Assembly: GCA_963822445.1 (NCBI GenBank)
Contig: CAWGHO010000001.1
Location: 160,001 to 224,000, forward strand
Direction: 5' to 3'
Length of the DNA stretch: 64,000 nucleotides
Source: an uncultured Acidobacteriota bacterium
GTDB taxonomy: Bacteria; Acidobacteriota; Thermoanaerobaculia; Gp7-AA8
Within the stretch, counting starts at the first letter, position 1. Each line of letters begins with the position of its first letter. This document shows, in pieces, positions 10,558 through 19,679 of the stretch. Below the pieces are notes generated by a model. That model made no database searches and was not told the origin of the DNA. It worked only from the letters and a program-made list of their open reading frames with translations. The position numbers and the translations under genes are program-made.

Positions 10558-11391
10558 TCACGCGAACAATCGCGTCGCGTTGTCCCAGAGGATCTTCCGC
10601 TCGACCTCGTCGCCCAGCCCCAAAGACAGAAACTCCTCCACATTCCGCTTCATCGACGCCACGCCGGGTGAAGGCCAATCCGTCCCCCACACCACCTTGT
10701 CCGCGATCTGCGCGACGCGCGGGAAGTACTTAGGCAACGCTTTGGGCGGGATGCCCGACAGGTCGATGTTCACGTTCGGGTGGCGGCGGGCCAGGAAGAA
10801 CGCCGTCTCGCCGTACAGCGGACGGCCCGCGTGCGCGAGGATGATCTTCAGATTCGGGAAGTCCACGGCCACGTCATCGACCGGCATCGGGTCGGCGAAA
10901 ACGTTGCGGGCGCGCGGGAACACCGACGTTCCCGTGTGGAACATCACCGGCACGCCGCGCGCTTCGCATTCGCGATAGATCTCCGCGAGCTGCCACAGCT
11001 CGCCGCGGTACGCGTTCGGCGAGAAGAGCTGGTGCGGCGGATGGATCTTGATCATGCCGATGCCGAGGTCGAGGACGCGGCGGATCTCGTCGCGGACGTT
11101 CATCTCGTGCAGCGGATTGACCGAGCCGACCGGCACCAGGCGATCGCGGTGGTCCTTCGTGTAATCCGCGATCCAGTCGTTCACTTCGCGGGTGAAACCC
11201 ATCACGTCCGGTGAGACGTAGTTGATGCAGCACAGACGCTCCACGCCCTGCTCGTCCATGTGGCGCAGGAGATTCTCCGGCGTCGACAGGATGTCCTTCG
11301 CGTTCGCGTGTGAAGGATCGTCGATCATGGCCAGCGCATCGGGATTGACCATCTGCCACGGCTGGATGTGGACGTGAACGTCGAAAATCAT
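10558..11391 (-). CDS. Amidohydrolase family protein (Amidohydro_2)
   Basis: DVHVH, KIHP, FHTG, LAHAG, WGTDWP. Confidence 0.9.
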   Translation of the reverse strand: MIFDVHVHIQPWQMVNPDALAMIDDPSHANAKDILSTPENLLRHMDEQGVERLCCINYVSPDVMGFTREVNDWIADYTKDHRDRLVPVGSVNPLHEMNVRDEIRRVLDLGIGMIKIHPPHQLFSPNAYRGELWQLAEIYRECEARGVPVMFHTGTSVFPRARNVFADPMPVDDVAVDFPNLKIILAHAGRPLYGETAFFLARRHPNVNIDLSGIPPKALPKYFPRVAQIADKVVWGTDWPSPGVASMKRNVEEFLSLGLGDEVERKILWDNATRLFA

Positions 11392-11491
11392 AGTCGTTAG
11401 TGGTTAGTCGTTAGTCGTTAGTAGGGCGGACAGGAGCCGCGCGAGACGGACGTTCATGCTACTAACGACTAACCACTAACGACTAGCGACT
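11391..11491. repeat. Inverted pair of 7-nt tandem arrays (TAGTCGT)n / (ACTAACG)n
   Basis: Arms 11391-11424 and 11459-11491. The left arm recurs identically at 51111-51143. Confidence 0.85.
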
Positions 11492-11934
11492 CAAACAAGC
11501 ATCACCAGCCGCATGCACACAGCGCTCTCCGGGCAGGCATCCTGGAACTCGCGGGAGCTGAGCAACTGCGGATGCACTTCATCGCGGTCGATGGTCTTGA
11601 AGCCGCGCTTCTTGAAGTAGGCCTCGGCCGTGGTGGTGAGCAGGTAGAACTCGCGCAGTCCGCGCGAGGCCAGGCGATCGAGGAGCTGGCGGACGATGCG
11701 GCGTCCGAGACCGTGGCTGCGGTGCTCCGGTTTCACGGCGACGGAGCGGAGCAGCGCCGCAAACTGATACGCCTCCGCACCGCCGCAGGCGACGATCTTG
11801 TCGCCGTCGCGGGCGACGAGAAACGTCTTCCAGTGATCGTCGACGCCGGCCGTCGGAAGCTCGTTCTCGATGAGGAGAGTCTTGATGGCCTCGACGTCGG
11901 CCGCGGTCGCGGGACTGATGGTGATCTCGGACAT
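11491..11934 (-). CDS. GNAT N-acetyltransferase (ArsN2/ArgA-like)
   Basis: ALLRSVAV..HRSHGLG, YLLTTTAEAYF, EFQDACPESAVCM. Confidence 0.85.
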   Translation of the reverse strand: MSEITISPATAADVEAIKTLLIENELPTAGVDDHWKTFLVARDGDKIVACGGAEAYQFAALLRSVAVKPEHRSHGLGRRIVRQLLDRLASRGLREFYLLTTTAEAYFKKRGFKTIDRDEVHPQLLSSREFQDACPESAVCMRLVMLV

Positions 11935-11951
11935 GGACGAGCCGGGATCAT

Positions 11952-11983
11952 AAAACGAAAAGGCCGGGCTCGAGGCCCGGCCT
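11952..11983 (-). terminator. Intrinsic terminator downstream of 12010..12390
   Basis: Minus strand AGGCCGGGC-CTCGA-GCCCGGCCT followed by TTTCGTTTT. Confidence 0.75.
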
Positions 11984-12009
11984 CTCACATCATCTATTTA
12001 CTGCTCAGG

Positions 12010-12390
12010 TCAGTGCCGCCCGCTGGACGAATCACCGATGCCGGAGCTGCCGCTGTTGCTGTTGCGGCCGCCCGACTGCTCGTTACGGTCGAAGTCGCTC
12101 TGCGAGCCTGAACGGCGGCCCGAGGAGCTGCCCAAGCTGCCCTGGCCCGAGCGGCGGCTGGACTCGTTCTCCATACCGGATTCACGGTTGGTCACTTCAT
12201 CGTTATTTCGGTTGCGGTTCATTTCTCCTCCTTCGCTCAGATTCTCCGAGCGGCCGATGCTCTGTCCGAACTCGGCGCTCGTTCCGCTGTTCTCGCGCCG
12301 CCCCTTCTCTTCCTCGGTCTGGCGGTTGAGCTGGCCAGCCTCGGTCGGGGTCGTGCGCTGACTCACGCGATCTCTTTCGCGATTTTCCAT
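12010..12390 (-). CDS. Small hydrophilic low-complexity protein (hydrophilin-like)
   Basis: GGAGG RBS before MENRERDR; S/G/R/E/N-rich; has its own terminator. Confidence 0.65.
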   Translation of the reverse strand: MENRERDRVSQRTTPTEAGQLNRQTEEEKGRRENSGTSAEFGQSIGRSENLSEGGEMNRNRNNDEVTNRESGMENESSRRSGQGSLGSSSGRRSGSQSDFDRNEQSGGRNSNSGSSGIGDSSSGRH

Positions 12391-12454
12391 TGCACCTCCA
12401 TTTGTTGGCCCCGGCACGTGCCGTGGACACTCCAAATAAGTGCAATCGGGATAC

Positions 12455-13170
12455 CTACCGCAGCTCGAAAGTCACTGACACCGTGAAACTTAGCTCTTCC
12501 GTACCGGCTTCGACGGGCACGTCCGCGTTCCCCACTCTGGCTTCCATGGCCATCTGCCGCATCATCGGCTGCGGCTGCTGGGGATGCTGCACCCCCTCGC
12601 TGATGACGATGGCCCGGCCGAGGGTGCGGCCGGCGGCCTGGGCGAGGAGAGTTGCCTTGGCCCGGGCGTCGTCGAAGGCGGCCTTCAAACCGGTCTCGCG
12701 GCCGCGACGCGGATCGGAGACCTGGAACTGAAGTCCCGACGAGGTGTTGACGCCGGCGCCGATGGCGATGCCGAGGAGCTTTCCGGCCTGGTCGACCTTG
12801 TCGCTGCGGACGGTGATGTTGTTCGAGACCTGGTAGCCGAGGATCCGGGGAAGGCGGCCTTCCTGATAGTCCTGCTGCGGGTAGATGTTGAAGTTCGAGG
12901 TCTGGATGTCCTTGTCCGTCGCACCGGCCTTCTTCAACGCGGCGATGACCGCGGCGACGCGGCGGTTGTTTTCGGCGACGGCGTCATCGACGGTGTTGGC
13001 GACGGTCTGCACGCCGACCTGAAGTTGAAGCGGTCGGGCGTCATCAGGGTACTTCCGGTGCCGGTGACGCTGACCGTCTCGACCATGGTTGGTGCGACAG
13101 GCGTCGATGTCTGGGCGAGCGCTCCGGTGGCCGCGCTGAACGCGATCAAAAACAGGAGAAATCTTTTCAT
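12455..13170 (-). CDS. SIMPL (DUF541) domain protein, frameshift near 13020
   Basis: Signal peptide, TVSVTGTG...PD, DIQTSNFNIYPQ, GYQVSNNITV, DARAKATLLA, V+FEL end; split across two ORFs. Confidence 0.85.
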
Positions 13171-13221
13171 GTAACCTCCTGTATTGGGTGGTCGCAGTAT
13201 GCGCGCCAGCTAACCCACCGA

Positions 13222-13458
13222 ATGGCAGATCCCAACGACAAAGTACCCGGCCAGGCGCCGGGCCGGTATTACGTGGATTCGCAGTGCATCGACTGCGATC
13301 TCTGCCGTGAAACATCGCCGAACAACTACACCCGCAACGACGGCGACTGCTTCTCGTTCGTCTACAAACAGCCCGAGACGCCGGAGGAAGAGATCCTCTG
13401 CAAGGACGCGATGGATAACTGTCCGGTGGAGGCGATCGGGAACGACGGCGGCGTGTAG
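13222..13458 (+). CDS. Ferredoxin
   Basis: CIDCDLC and CPVEAI. Confidence 0.9.
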   Translation: MADPNDKVPGQAPGRYYVDSQCIDCDLCRETSPNNYTRNDGDCFSFVYKQPETPEEEILCKDAMDNCPVEAIGNDGGV

Positions 13459-13483
13459 TGTGGGCCTCCGGCCTACCTCTGGG
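13453..13483. repeat. GTAG-type REP-like unit
   Basis: GTGTAGTGTGGGCCTCCGGCCTACCTC is nearly identical to the reverse complement of 40366-40392. Confidence 0.7.
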
Positions 13484-13496
13484 CGGAGGAACGCGA

Positions 13497-13925
13497 TCAG
13501 TGCAGCTTCTTGTCGACCGACACCTGGTCGTGCCAGTCGTCGGCGAGCAGGACCTCGATCAGCTCCTGTAACTCTTCCATGTGGAAGGGTTTGGTGAGCG
13601 CGGCGGTCATGTTGTTCCCCTTGGTGATGGTGAGGATGTCGCCCTTGCCGGAGGCTACGACGACGGGGGTCTGCTTGCCCTGCTGCTGGTACCAGGCGAT
13701 CCACTCCTCGCCGCTCATGCCCGGGAGGTTGAGGTCGAGGAGGATCAGGCGCGTATCGGGGTTGGAGTTGAGGAGGCTCATTCCTTCGACGGCGCCGGTC
13801 GCGGACAGCACTTCGTACCCGCGCTTCTGCAGATACGACTTGTAGAGCGCGAGCACCTCGGGATCGTCTTCGATCGCGAGGATCTTGTTGTTCGGATTGG
13901 ACTTGCTCGTTCGCGTCTCCAACAT
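13497..13925 (-). CDS. Single-domain response regulator
   Basis: IEDD, LLDLNLPGMSG, ASG, TKPF; GGAGG RBS. Confidence 0.9.
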   Translation of the reverse strand: MLETRTSKSNPNNKILAIEDDPEVLALYKSYLQKRGYEVLSATGAVEGMSLLNSNPDTRLILLDLNLPGMSGEEWIAWYQQQGKQTPVVVASGKGDILTITKGNNMTAALTKPFHMEELQELIEVLLADDWHDQVSVDKKLH

Positions 13926-14004
13926 CGATACCTCCTGAAGGCCGTGTCTTGCGATTTCCATGCTAACTGCTGAGCCGCTCGGCAGCCGCTACAATCCGGT
14001 TCCG

Positions 14005-14272
14005 ATGGGTCTCGCCGTCTGGATCATTTCGGGTGTCGCCGCGTGGGTCGTGGCCAGGCTGATCCCGGTCGCCCGGGCGAAAGCATGGGTCGCCGAGCTG
14101 GCCCTTTCGTATCATCACCGCGGCCCTCCTCGGTCTCGCGGCAACAGCGGGAGACTTCGGCGGGTGGAAGGAACCGGACTGGCGGGCCGGACTCTTCGCG
14201 TTTTTCGGGGCCTTCACGGTGCGCGGAGTTTTCCGGCTCGTCACCATTTTCCGCCATCGACATCTACAATGA
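14005..14272 (+). CDS. Small membrane protein (GlsB/YeaQ/YmgE-like), frameshift near 14110
   Basis: MGLAVWIISGVAAWVVARLIP continues in another frame as IITAALLGLAATAGDFGGWKEPDWRAGLFAFFGA. Confidence 0.5.
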
Positions 14273-14304
14273 AGGGCATCCCATTCGCCCCCGGAGGCAG
14301 CCCC

Positions 14305-14793
14305 ATGAAATCGATCGTTCTGGCTTTGTCGGCCGCTGTCCTTCTGTCGTCCTGCGCCGCATACCGCGCCCAGCACACCACGACGGACCTCAACACCACC
14401 CGCAGCGAAACCGACGCACGCAACGTGATGCCCGATCCGAAGGTCGTCGCCGCGTTCGAGTCCCAGCCGCTTGCCGTGAAGCAGGCCCTGCTGATCTCGG
14501 AGGTCGACCGCTACATCGACGAACTCAAAGCGAACGGGAAATACGACTGCTGCGTGAAGCCGGCCTGCCGCCAGTGCGCAATCAGCGCCGGCGAGTGCCA
14601 CTGCCGCGAGGTCATCGACGCGAACGGCCCCTGCTGCGGCGAATGCACGCAGTCGTGGGTGGAAGGCCGCGGCAACATCGCCGGCGTCGACCGCGAACAG
14701 GTCCTCGCCCACCTCGGATGCGTGCGCGAGCTGTACGAAAAGAAGGTTCCGGAAGGCGTGACCGCGCCCGGGCAGAAGAAGGATCAGGAGTAA
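14305..14793 (+). CDS. Cysteine-rich lipoprotein, function unknown
   Basis: GGAGG RBS, lipobox LLSSC, and 10 further Cys in a compact segment. Confidence 0.75.
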   Translation: MKSIVLALSAAVLLSSCAAYRAQHTTTDLNTTRSETDARNVMPDPKVVAAFESQPLAVKQALLISEVDRYIDELKANGKYDCCVKPACRQCAISAGECHCREVIDANGPCCGECTQSWVEGRGNIAGVDREQVLAHLGCVRELYEKKVPEGVTAPGQKKDQE

Positions 14794-15098
14794 CGCGCAA
14801 CCGCTTCCCGCGCGATCCGCTCCACTTCCTTCAGATCCACGCCGCGCGCGTTCGTCACCTCGCCGAGCGCGCGCAGTCCTTCCTTCAAACGCTCCACCGC
14901 CGCTCGCCGCTGGCCGCGGGCGATGTGATGCATGCCCGTGCTGATCTGGAGCATGAGGCGCACGAGCGGAACCTCGTCGCGCACGGCTTCGAAGTAGAGC
15001 TCTTCGAACAGATCGCTGGCCTCGAGCCAGTCGCGGGCGTCGAAGTGCTCGCGGGCCGCGGCGAAACGGGGATCGTCCTCGAGCGGCGGTTGGAGCAT
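14784..15098 (-). CDS. DUF309-like protein
   Basis: F.....W.EA.D.FEELY, LQISTGMHH..RG, GVDL. Confidence 0.7.
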   Translation of the reverse strand: MLQPPLEDDPRFAAAREHFDARDWLEASDLFEELYFEAVRDEVPLVRLMLQISTGMHHIARGQRRAAVERLKEGLRALGEVTNARGVDLKEVERIAREAVARYS

Positions 15099-15109
15099 GA
15101 GGCGATCTT

Positions 15110-15211
15110 ACGTGGGGCGGGCGTCCCGCCCGCATCGCGCGGGGCATCCTGCCCCGCGCTGCCCGCCGGGCGACACGCCCAGCGGAACGCGGCCGGGACG
15201 GCCGCCGTACG
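15110..15211. repeat. GC-rich REP-like hairpin cluster
   Basis: GCGGGCGTCCCGCCCGC, GCGCGGGGCATCCTGCCCCGCGC and GCGGCCGGGACGGCCGC hairpins between divergent genes. Confidence 0.55.
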
Positions 15212-15228
15212 CGCTTACCATTCCCCGC

Positions 15229-16095
15229 GTGATCCGCGCGCTCGCGATCCTGATCCTCCTCCCCCTCAACCTCCTCCTCTGGGGCGCGCCCATCCTCCTC
15301 GGCGGCCTGGTCAAGTTATTGACCTTCGGCGCGGCGCGCCGACGGGTCATCGTCGTTCTGGTCTGGCTGGCCGAGCGATGGTCGATGTGCAACAACCTCG
15401 TCTTCGATGCCTTGCTCGATACGCGGTGGCACATCGAAGGTGCAGAGAACTTCGACCGCCAGGGCCACTACCTCATCATCAGCAATCACACCTCCTGGGT
15501 GGACATCTTCGCGGTGCTGCGCGTCGTCCTCGGCAAGGGACCGTTCATTCGCTTCTTCCTCAAGCGTGCGTTGATCTGGTCGCCGATCGTCGGCCAGGCC
15601 TGCTGGGCGCTGGAGTTCCCGTTCATGCGGCGCTACGCGCCGGAGTACCTCGCCCAGCATCCGGAAAAACGGGGACGCGATCTGGAAACGACGCGGATCG
15701 CCTGCCGCCGCTATCGCAAGATCCCCGTCTCGATCGTGAACTTCGTCGAGGGCACGCGTTTCTCCGAGGAGAAGCATGAGGATCAGCAGTCACCCTACCG
15801 GCATCTGCTGCGGCCGCGCATCGGCGGCATCAGCTTCGTCATCGCGTCGATGGCCGAGCAGCTCGATGCCATGTACGACGTGACCCTGATCTACCCCACC
15901 CGCGACGTCAGCATGTGGCAGTACGCCACCAACCGCCTGCCGTGGGTGGAGATCCGCGTGCGGCGCATCGAGATCCCGGTGGAGTTTCACAGCGCCGCCA
16001 TCACCGAGCACGGCCCGGAGCGGGACCGCTTCAAGGCATGGGTGGAGCAGATCTGGCGGGAAAAGGACGAGATCATCTCCGCCGTTCTTGACTAA
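15229..16095 (+). CDS. YihG-like lysophospholipid acyltransferase
   Basis: NHTSWVD, FFLK, FPFMRRY, NFVEGTRF, YDVTLIYP. Confidence 0.88.
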   Translation: MIRALAILILLPLNLLLWGAPILLGGLVKLLTFGAARRRVIVVLVWLAERWSMCNNLVFDALLDTRWHIEGAENFDRQGHYLIISNHTSWVDIFAVLRVVLGKGPFIRFFLKRALIWSPIVGQACWALEFPFMRRYAPEYLAQHPEKRGRDLETTRIACRRYRKIPVSIVNFVEGTRFSEEKHEDQQSPYRHLLRPRIGGISFVIASMAEQLDAMYDVTLIYPTRDVSMWQYATNRLPWVEIRVRRIEIPVEFHSAAITEHGPERDRFKAWVEQIWREKDEIISAVLD

Positions 16096-16120
16096 TACCT
16101 TGGTACATTTGTACCATAAT
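16088..16120 (+). promoter_or_regulatory. Candidate promoter with palindromic operator TGGTACA-TT-TGTACCA
   Basis: TTGACT at 16088-16093, a perfect 7-bp inverted repeat at 16101-16116, and TACCAT/CATAAT just before the ATG at 16124. Confidence 0.55.
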
Positions 16121-16123
16121 CAC

Positions 16124-16384
16124 ATGAACGACAGCATCCCCGTGGAGCGCATCCAGACCGGCGTGCGCATGGAAAAGCGGCTGGTCAAAGTCCTCAAGGG
16201 CCTGGCCGAGTACCACGACATGACCCTCGGCGACCTCCTCGAAGGCATCGTCCTGCACGCCTTCGAAGGCAAGAGTCCCTTCAAAAAGGAGTCGCTGCAG
16301 AAGATCGTCGAGCTGAAGAAGGTCTACGGTCTCGATCTCGACGCGACCGCCAGTCACCGGCTCACGGAAAGGAGGAAGTCATGA
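16124..16384 (+). CDS. Small putative ribbon-helix-helix DNA-binding protein
   Basis: IQTGVRM beta strand, then helices LVKVLKGLAE and TLGDLLEGIV. Confidence 0.6.
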   Translation: MNDSIPVERIQTGVRMEKRLVKVLKGLAEYHDMTLGDLLEGIVLHAFEGKSPFKKESLQKIVELKKVYGLDLDATASHRLTERRKS

Positions 16385-16767
16385 CCGACCGCGAGCTGAT
16401 GGACGCATTCGAGTCCTGCACGCTGGACCCTGCGCTCTTCAGCCATCGCCAGCACGTGCGCGTGGCCTGGATCTGTCTTTCCGAGGCGCCGCTGATCGAG
16501 GCTCTGACACGGTTCGTGGAGAGCCTCCGCCGCTTCGCGACGAGCGTCGGCAGTCCGGGGCTGTATCACGAGACCATCACCTTCGCGTTTCTGTTCGTCA
16601 TTCACGAACGGATGCAGGCCGGATCGGCGATGACGTTCGAAGAATTCGAGAACGCTAATCCCGATCTGTTCCGCTGGAAGCCTTCCATTCTCGACAGGTA
16701 CTACAAAGCGGAAACGATTGGCTCGGACCTCGCCCGGCGCACGTTCGTGATGCCCGACGCGCTGTAG
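16381..16767 (+). CDS. Hypothetical protein
   Basis: GGAGG RBS, ATGA overlap, motifs FSHRQHVRVAW and YHETIT. Confidence 0.75.
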   Translation: MTDRELMDAFESCTLDPALFSHRQHVRVAWICLSEAPLIEALTRFVESLRRFATSVGSPGLYHETITFAFLFVIHERMQAGSAMTFEEFENANPDLFRWKPSILDRYYKAETIGSDLARRTFVMPDAL

Positions 16768-16776
16768 GATTTCCCG

Positions 16777-17274
16777 ATGCAATTCCACATCGCCCAGATC
16801 AACATCGCCTGGATGAAGGCGCCGCTCGACTCGCCGGTCATGGCCGGGTTCATGGCGCGGCTCGATGAGATCAACGCCCTCGCCGAACGCAGCGAGGGGT
16901 ACGTCTGGCGGCTGCAGACGCCGGAGGGGAACGCCACCTACCTCCGCCCCTACGAGGACGAGCGCATCATCGTGAACATGTCGGTGTGGAAGAGCGTCGA
17001 GGCGCTGAAGAACTACGTCTACCACACCGCTCACGCCGAGCTGCTGCGCGATCGCAAATCGTGGTTCGAGCATGTGAAATCCGCCTACCTCGCGATGTGG
17101 TGGGTGCCGGCAGGACATCTGCCGGGAGTCGACGAAGCGAAGAAGCGGCTGGCTCATCTCGAAGAGCACGGACCGTCGCAGTTCGCCTTCACCTTCAAGA
17201 CGATTCATCCGCCCGACGAGGAGTTCCTGACGGGATTTGACTGGTCGGTGTTTCAGCCCTGCCCGGCGTCGTAG
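16777..17274 (+). CDS. DUF3291 domain protein
   Basis: HIAQINIA, NMSVWKS, WWVPAGHLP, GPSQFAFTF. Confidence 0.85.
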   Translation: MQFHIAQINIAWMKAPLDSPVMAGFMARLDEINALAERSEGYVWRLQTPEGNATYLRPYEDERIIVNMSVWKSVEALKNYVYHTAHAELLRDRKSWFEHVKSAYLAMWWVPAGHLPGVDEAKKRLAHLEEHGPSQFAFTFKTIHPPDEEFLTGFDWSVFQPCPAS

Positions 17275-17282
17275 AATCCATC

Positions 17283-17325
17283 TACGAAGTCTTTCGTTGA
17301 CATCTTACGAAACCTTTCGTATGCT
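17283..17325 (+). promoter_or_regulatory. Sigma70 promoter overlapped by two TACGAA-N4-TTCGTW operators
   Basis: TTGACA (17297-17302), 17 nt, TATGCT (17320-17325). Palindromes at 17283-17298 and 17306-17321. Confidence 0.8.
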
Positions 17326-17357
17326 CCTCCGTAGAACGACAACCGGAGGCACGATTC

Positions 17358-17747
17358 ATGGGCGACAAACCGATCCCCAGACCCACCGATGCGGAGCTCG
17401 CCATCCTGCGCGTGCTTTGGGAGCTTGGGCCCAGCACGGTCCGCGAAGTGCACGACGCCATGAGCCCCACCCACGACACGGGCTACACGACCGTGCTCAA
17501 GCTCCTCCAGATCATGATCGACAAGCGCCTGGTCGTTCGCGACGAATCCCAGCGCGCCCACGTCTACGCCGCGCGGGAAACCGAGCAGCGCACGCAGCGG
17601 CAGCTGATCGGTGATCTGATCGACCGCGCATTCGGCGGCTCGCCCGCCAAGCTGGTCATGCAGGCGCTTTCCGGAACCAAGGCGACGGCCGAGGAGCTGA
17701 CGGCCATCCGCAGCATGCTCGAGAAGATTGAAGGAGAGGCGAAATGA
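17358..17747 (+). CDS. BlaI/MecI/CopY family repressor
   Basis: PTDAELAILRVLW, YTTVLKLLQIM..K, FGGS...LV. Confidence 0.93.
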   Translation: MGDKPIPRPTDAELAILRVLWELGPSTVREVHDAMSPTHDTGYTTVLKLLQIMIDKRLVVRDESQRAHVYAARETEQRTQRQLIGDLIDRAFGGSPAKLVMQALSGTKATAEELTAIRSMLEKIEGEAK

Positions 17748-19648
17748 ACGCGACGCAGCTCTTGACCGGACCTCTGGCCCAGGCGATCGGCTGGGCATTG
17801 CTGCATCTGCTCTGGCAGGCCACGATCGTGGCCGCAATCCTCGCCGCCGTGCTCGCGCTCATTCCGCGCCAGAGCGCGAACGCCCGCTACTCCGCGGCCT
17901 GCGGCGCGCTCGGCCTCGTGTTCGCCTTGTTCATCGCTACAGCGTGGAAGACGTATGACCCGGCAGTGGCGCCGGTGACGACGGCGCCGCTCACGGAATC
18001 GCAGGCGACGAAGATCACCGTTACCAACGTGCCGGTCGCACCCTGGCCACCATCGCCGCGGAAACGTGGCGCGACCGGATGATGTCGATGGTCGCCAGCG
18101 CGCGCCAGTCGCTTCCGATGGTCGTCGCGGTCTGGCTGTTCGGCGTGGTCTTCCTCTCTTCACGACTGCTCATCACCTGGATGCGCGCGCGCCGCCTCGC
18201 GGACACGGGGCAGCCCGCCAACATGTCAATGGCAGCGCGTCGCCCGCCGTCTCTCTAACGCCCTCGGATTACGCCGCGCGGTGCGCCTTCTCGAATCAGC
18301 GGCCGTCGAAGTCCCGTCGGTCATGGGCATGCTTCGCCCGGTCATCCTCCTCCCCGCCAGCACCCTCACCGGACTCACGCCCGCGCAGATCGAAATGGTC
18401 CTCGCGCACGAGCTCGCACACATCCGCCGCCATGACTTCCTGGTGAACCTGCTGCAGGCCGTGGTGGAGACGCTGATGTTCTACCACCCGGCGGTCTGGT
18501 GGATGTCGCGCCGCGTGCGCATCGAGCGCGAGAACTGCTGCGACGACATGGCCGTGGCCGTGTGCGGTAATCCGATTCAGTACGCGAAAGCACTCACCCG
18601 TCTCGAAGAGCTGCGTTCCGCGCCGAGTCTCGTCGTTGCCGCGAATGGCGGGTCGCTTCTCGATCGCATCCGCCGCATCGCCGGCGGTCGCGCCGAATCG
18701 ACTGCCGTCAGCGCACGCTGGGCCGCGGCGATGATCACCCTGGTGGTGCTCGCGGTCGGCGTCGGCATTCCGTCGCTCCCCGCCTTTGCGGAGCGCGAGC
18801 AGAAGGCCACCGAACCGGCGAAAGCAAAAGTCGACGTCACCGCGCCGGTCGAGCCTGAGGAAACGGAAGAAGCGGAGTCGGTCGACACTCCCGAGCCGCC
18901 CGAAGTCGACGCCGATTACGAAGCCGCTGTGGCCGATGTGGAGGATGAGGACGCGGACGACGACGAGGACTACAACATGGTCCCGGCGATCGCGCCCATG
19001 GCTCGCGCCGCCGCTCTGGCCGCAATCGACTCGGTCCGCGCCGCGCCGATGCCGATGCCCACGCCGATGGTTGCCGGAGTTCGCGCTCCGCGCGTTCCTC
19101 ATGCCCCACAGATCGCCTTCAACAACGACTTCGATTTCGACTTCGACGACAACGACGATGACGACGAAAACGACGACGAGAAAGGGAAGAGCGCGAAGAA
19201 GATCGGCTCCGAACGGCTCACCGTCGACGAATTGATCAGCCTTCGTGCGGTCGGCGTCACCCCCGAATACATCGATTCGATGCGTGCGATCTTCGGCGAG
19301 CTCACCGTCGGTGAGGTCTCCGGCCTCAAAGCCCTGGGCGTCTCCGCGGAGTACGTGCGGGAAATGCGTGCAGCGGGACTCGAAGTGAACAGCGCCGGCG
19401 TCGCCAAAGGATTGCGCGCCCTCGGCGTGAGCGGCGACTACGTTCGCGAGATCCGCGCCGCGGGCGTCAATCTCAAGACAGCCAAGGAAGCGCAGTCGCT
19501 CAAGGCGACGGGCGTGACCGTGAAGTTCGTCCAGCAGCTCGCGGCCGCGGGCTACACCAACCTGACGCCCAAAGAGATCTCGCGGATGGCGGCGGTGGGC
19601 GTGGACGAAGACTTCATCCGCGAAATGTCGAAGTACAAAAAGAAGTAG
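17744..19648 (+). CDS. BlaR1-like M56 metallopeptidase sensor with C-terminal repeats; frameshifts near 18040 and 18230-18280
   Basis: GWALLHLLWQ, HELAHIRRHD, ERENCCDD, acidic/Pro linker, GVTPEYI-type repeats. Confidence 0.85.
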
Positions 19649-19679
19649 CCCGCTCACTCCACAACCAAGGAGACGAACC

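Larger units (their letters stand above)
8851..10558. repeat. REP/REPIN-like imperfect inverted repeat whose left arm is split by the IS110
   Basis: Removing the IS joins 8851-8880 to 10422-10448, giving ATGCCACAGGGGACGACCGGGGGCCTCCGGCGGGCCGGCCACGGGCCGGCAGGCGCT, which is inverted-complementary to 10507-10558. Confidence 0.85.

Noticed and set aside
8851-10558. Terminal inverted repeats of the IS
   Set aside because: The inverted repeat belongs to the host palindrome; the IS ends lie inside one arm at the CC core.
11391-11491. CRISPR array (also considered at 51111, 53328, 58257)
   Set aside because: Units are 7-8 nt with no unique spacers, and there are no cas genes.
11491-11934. Arsenic resistance operon
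   Set aside because: Only an ArsN2-like GNAT is present; no arsR, arsC or acr3 nearby.
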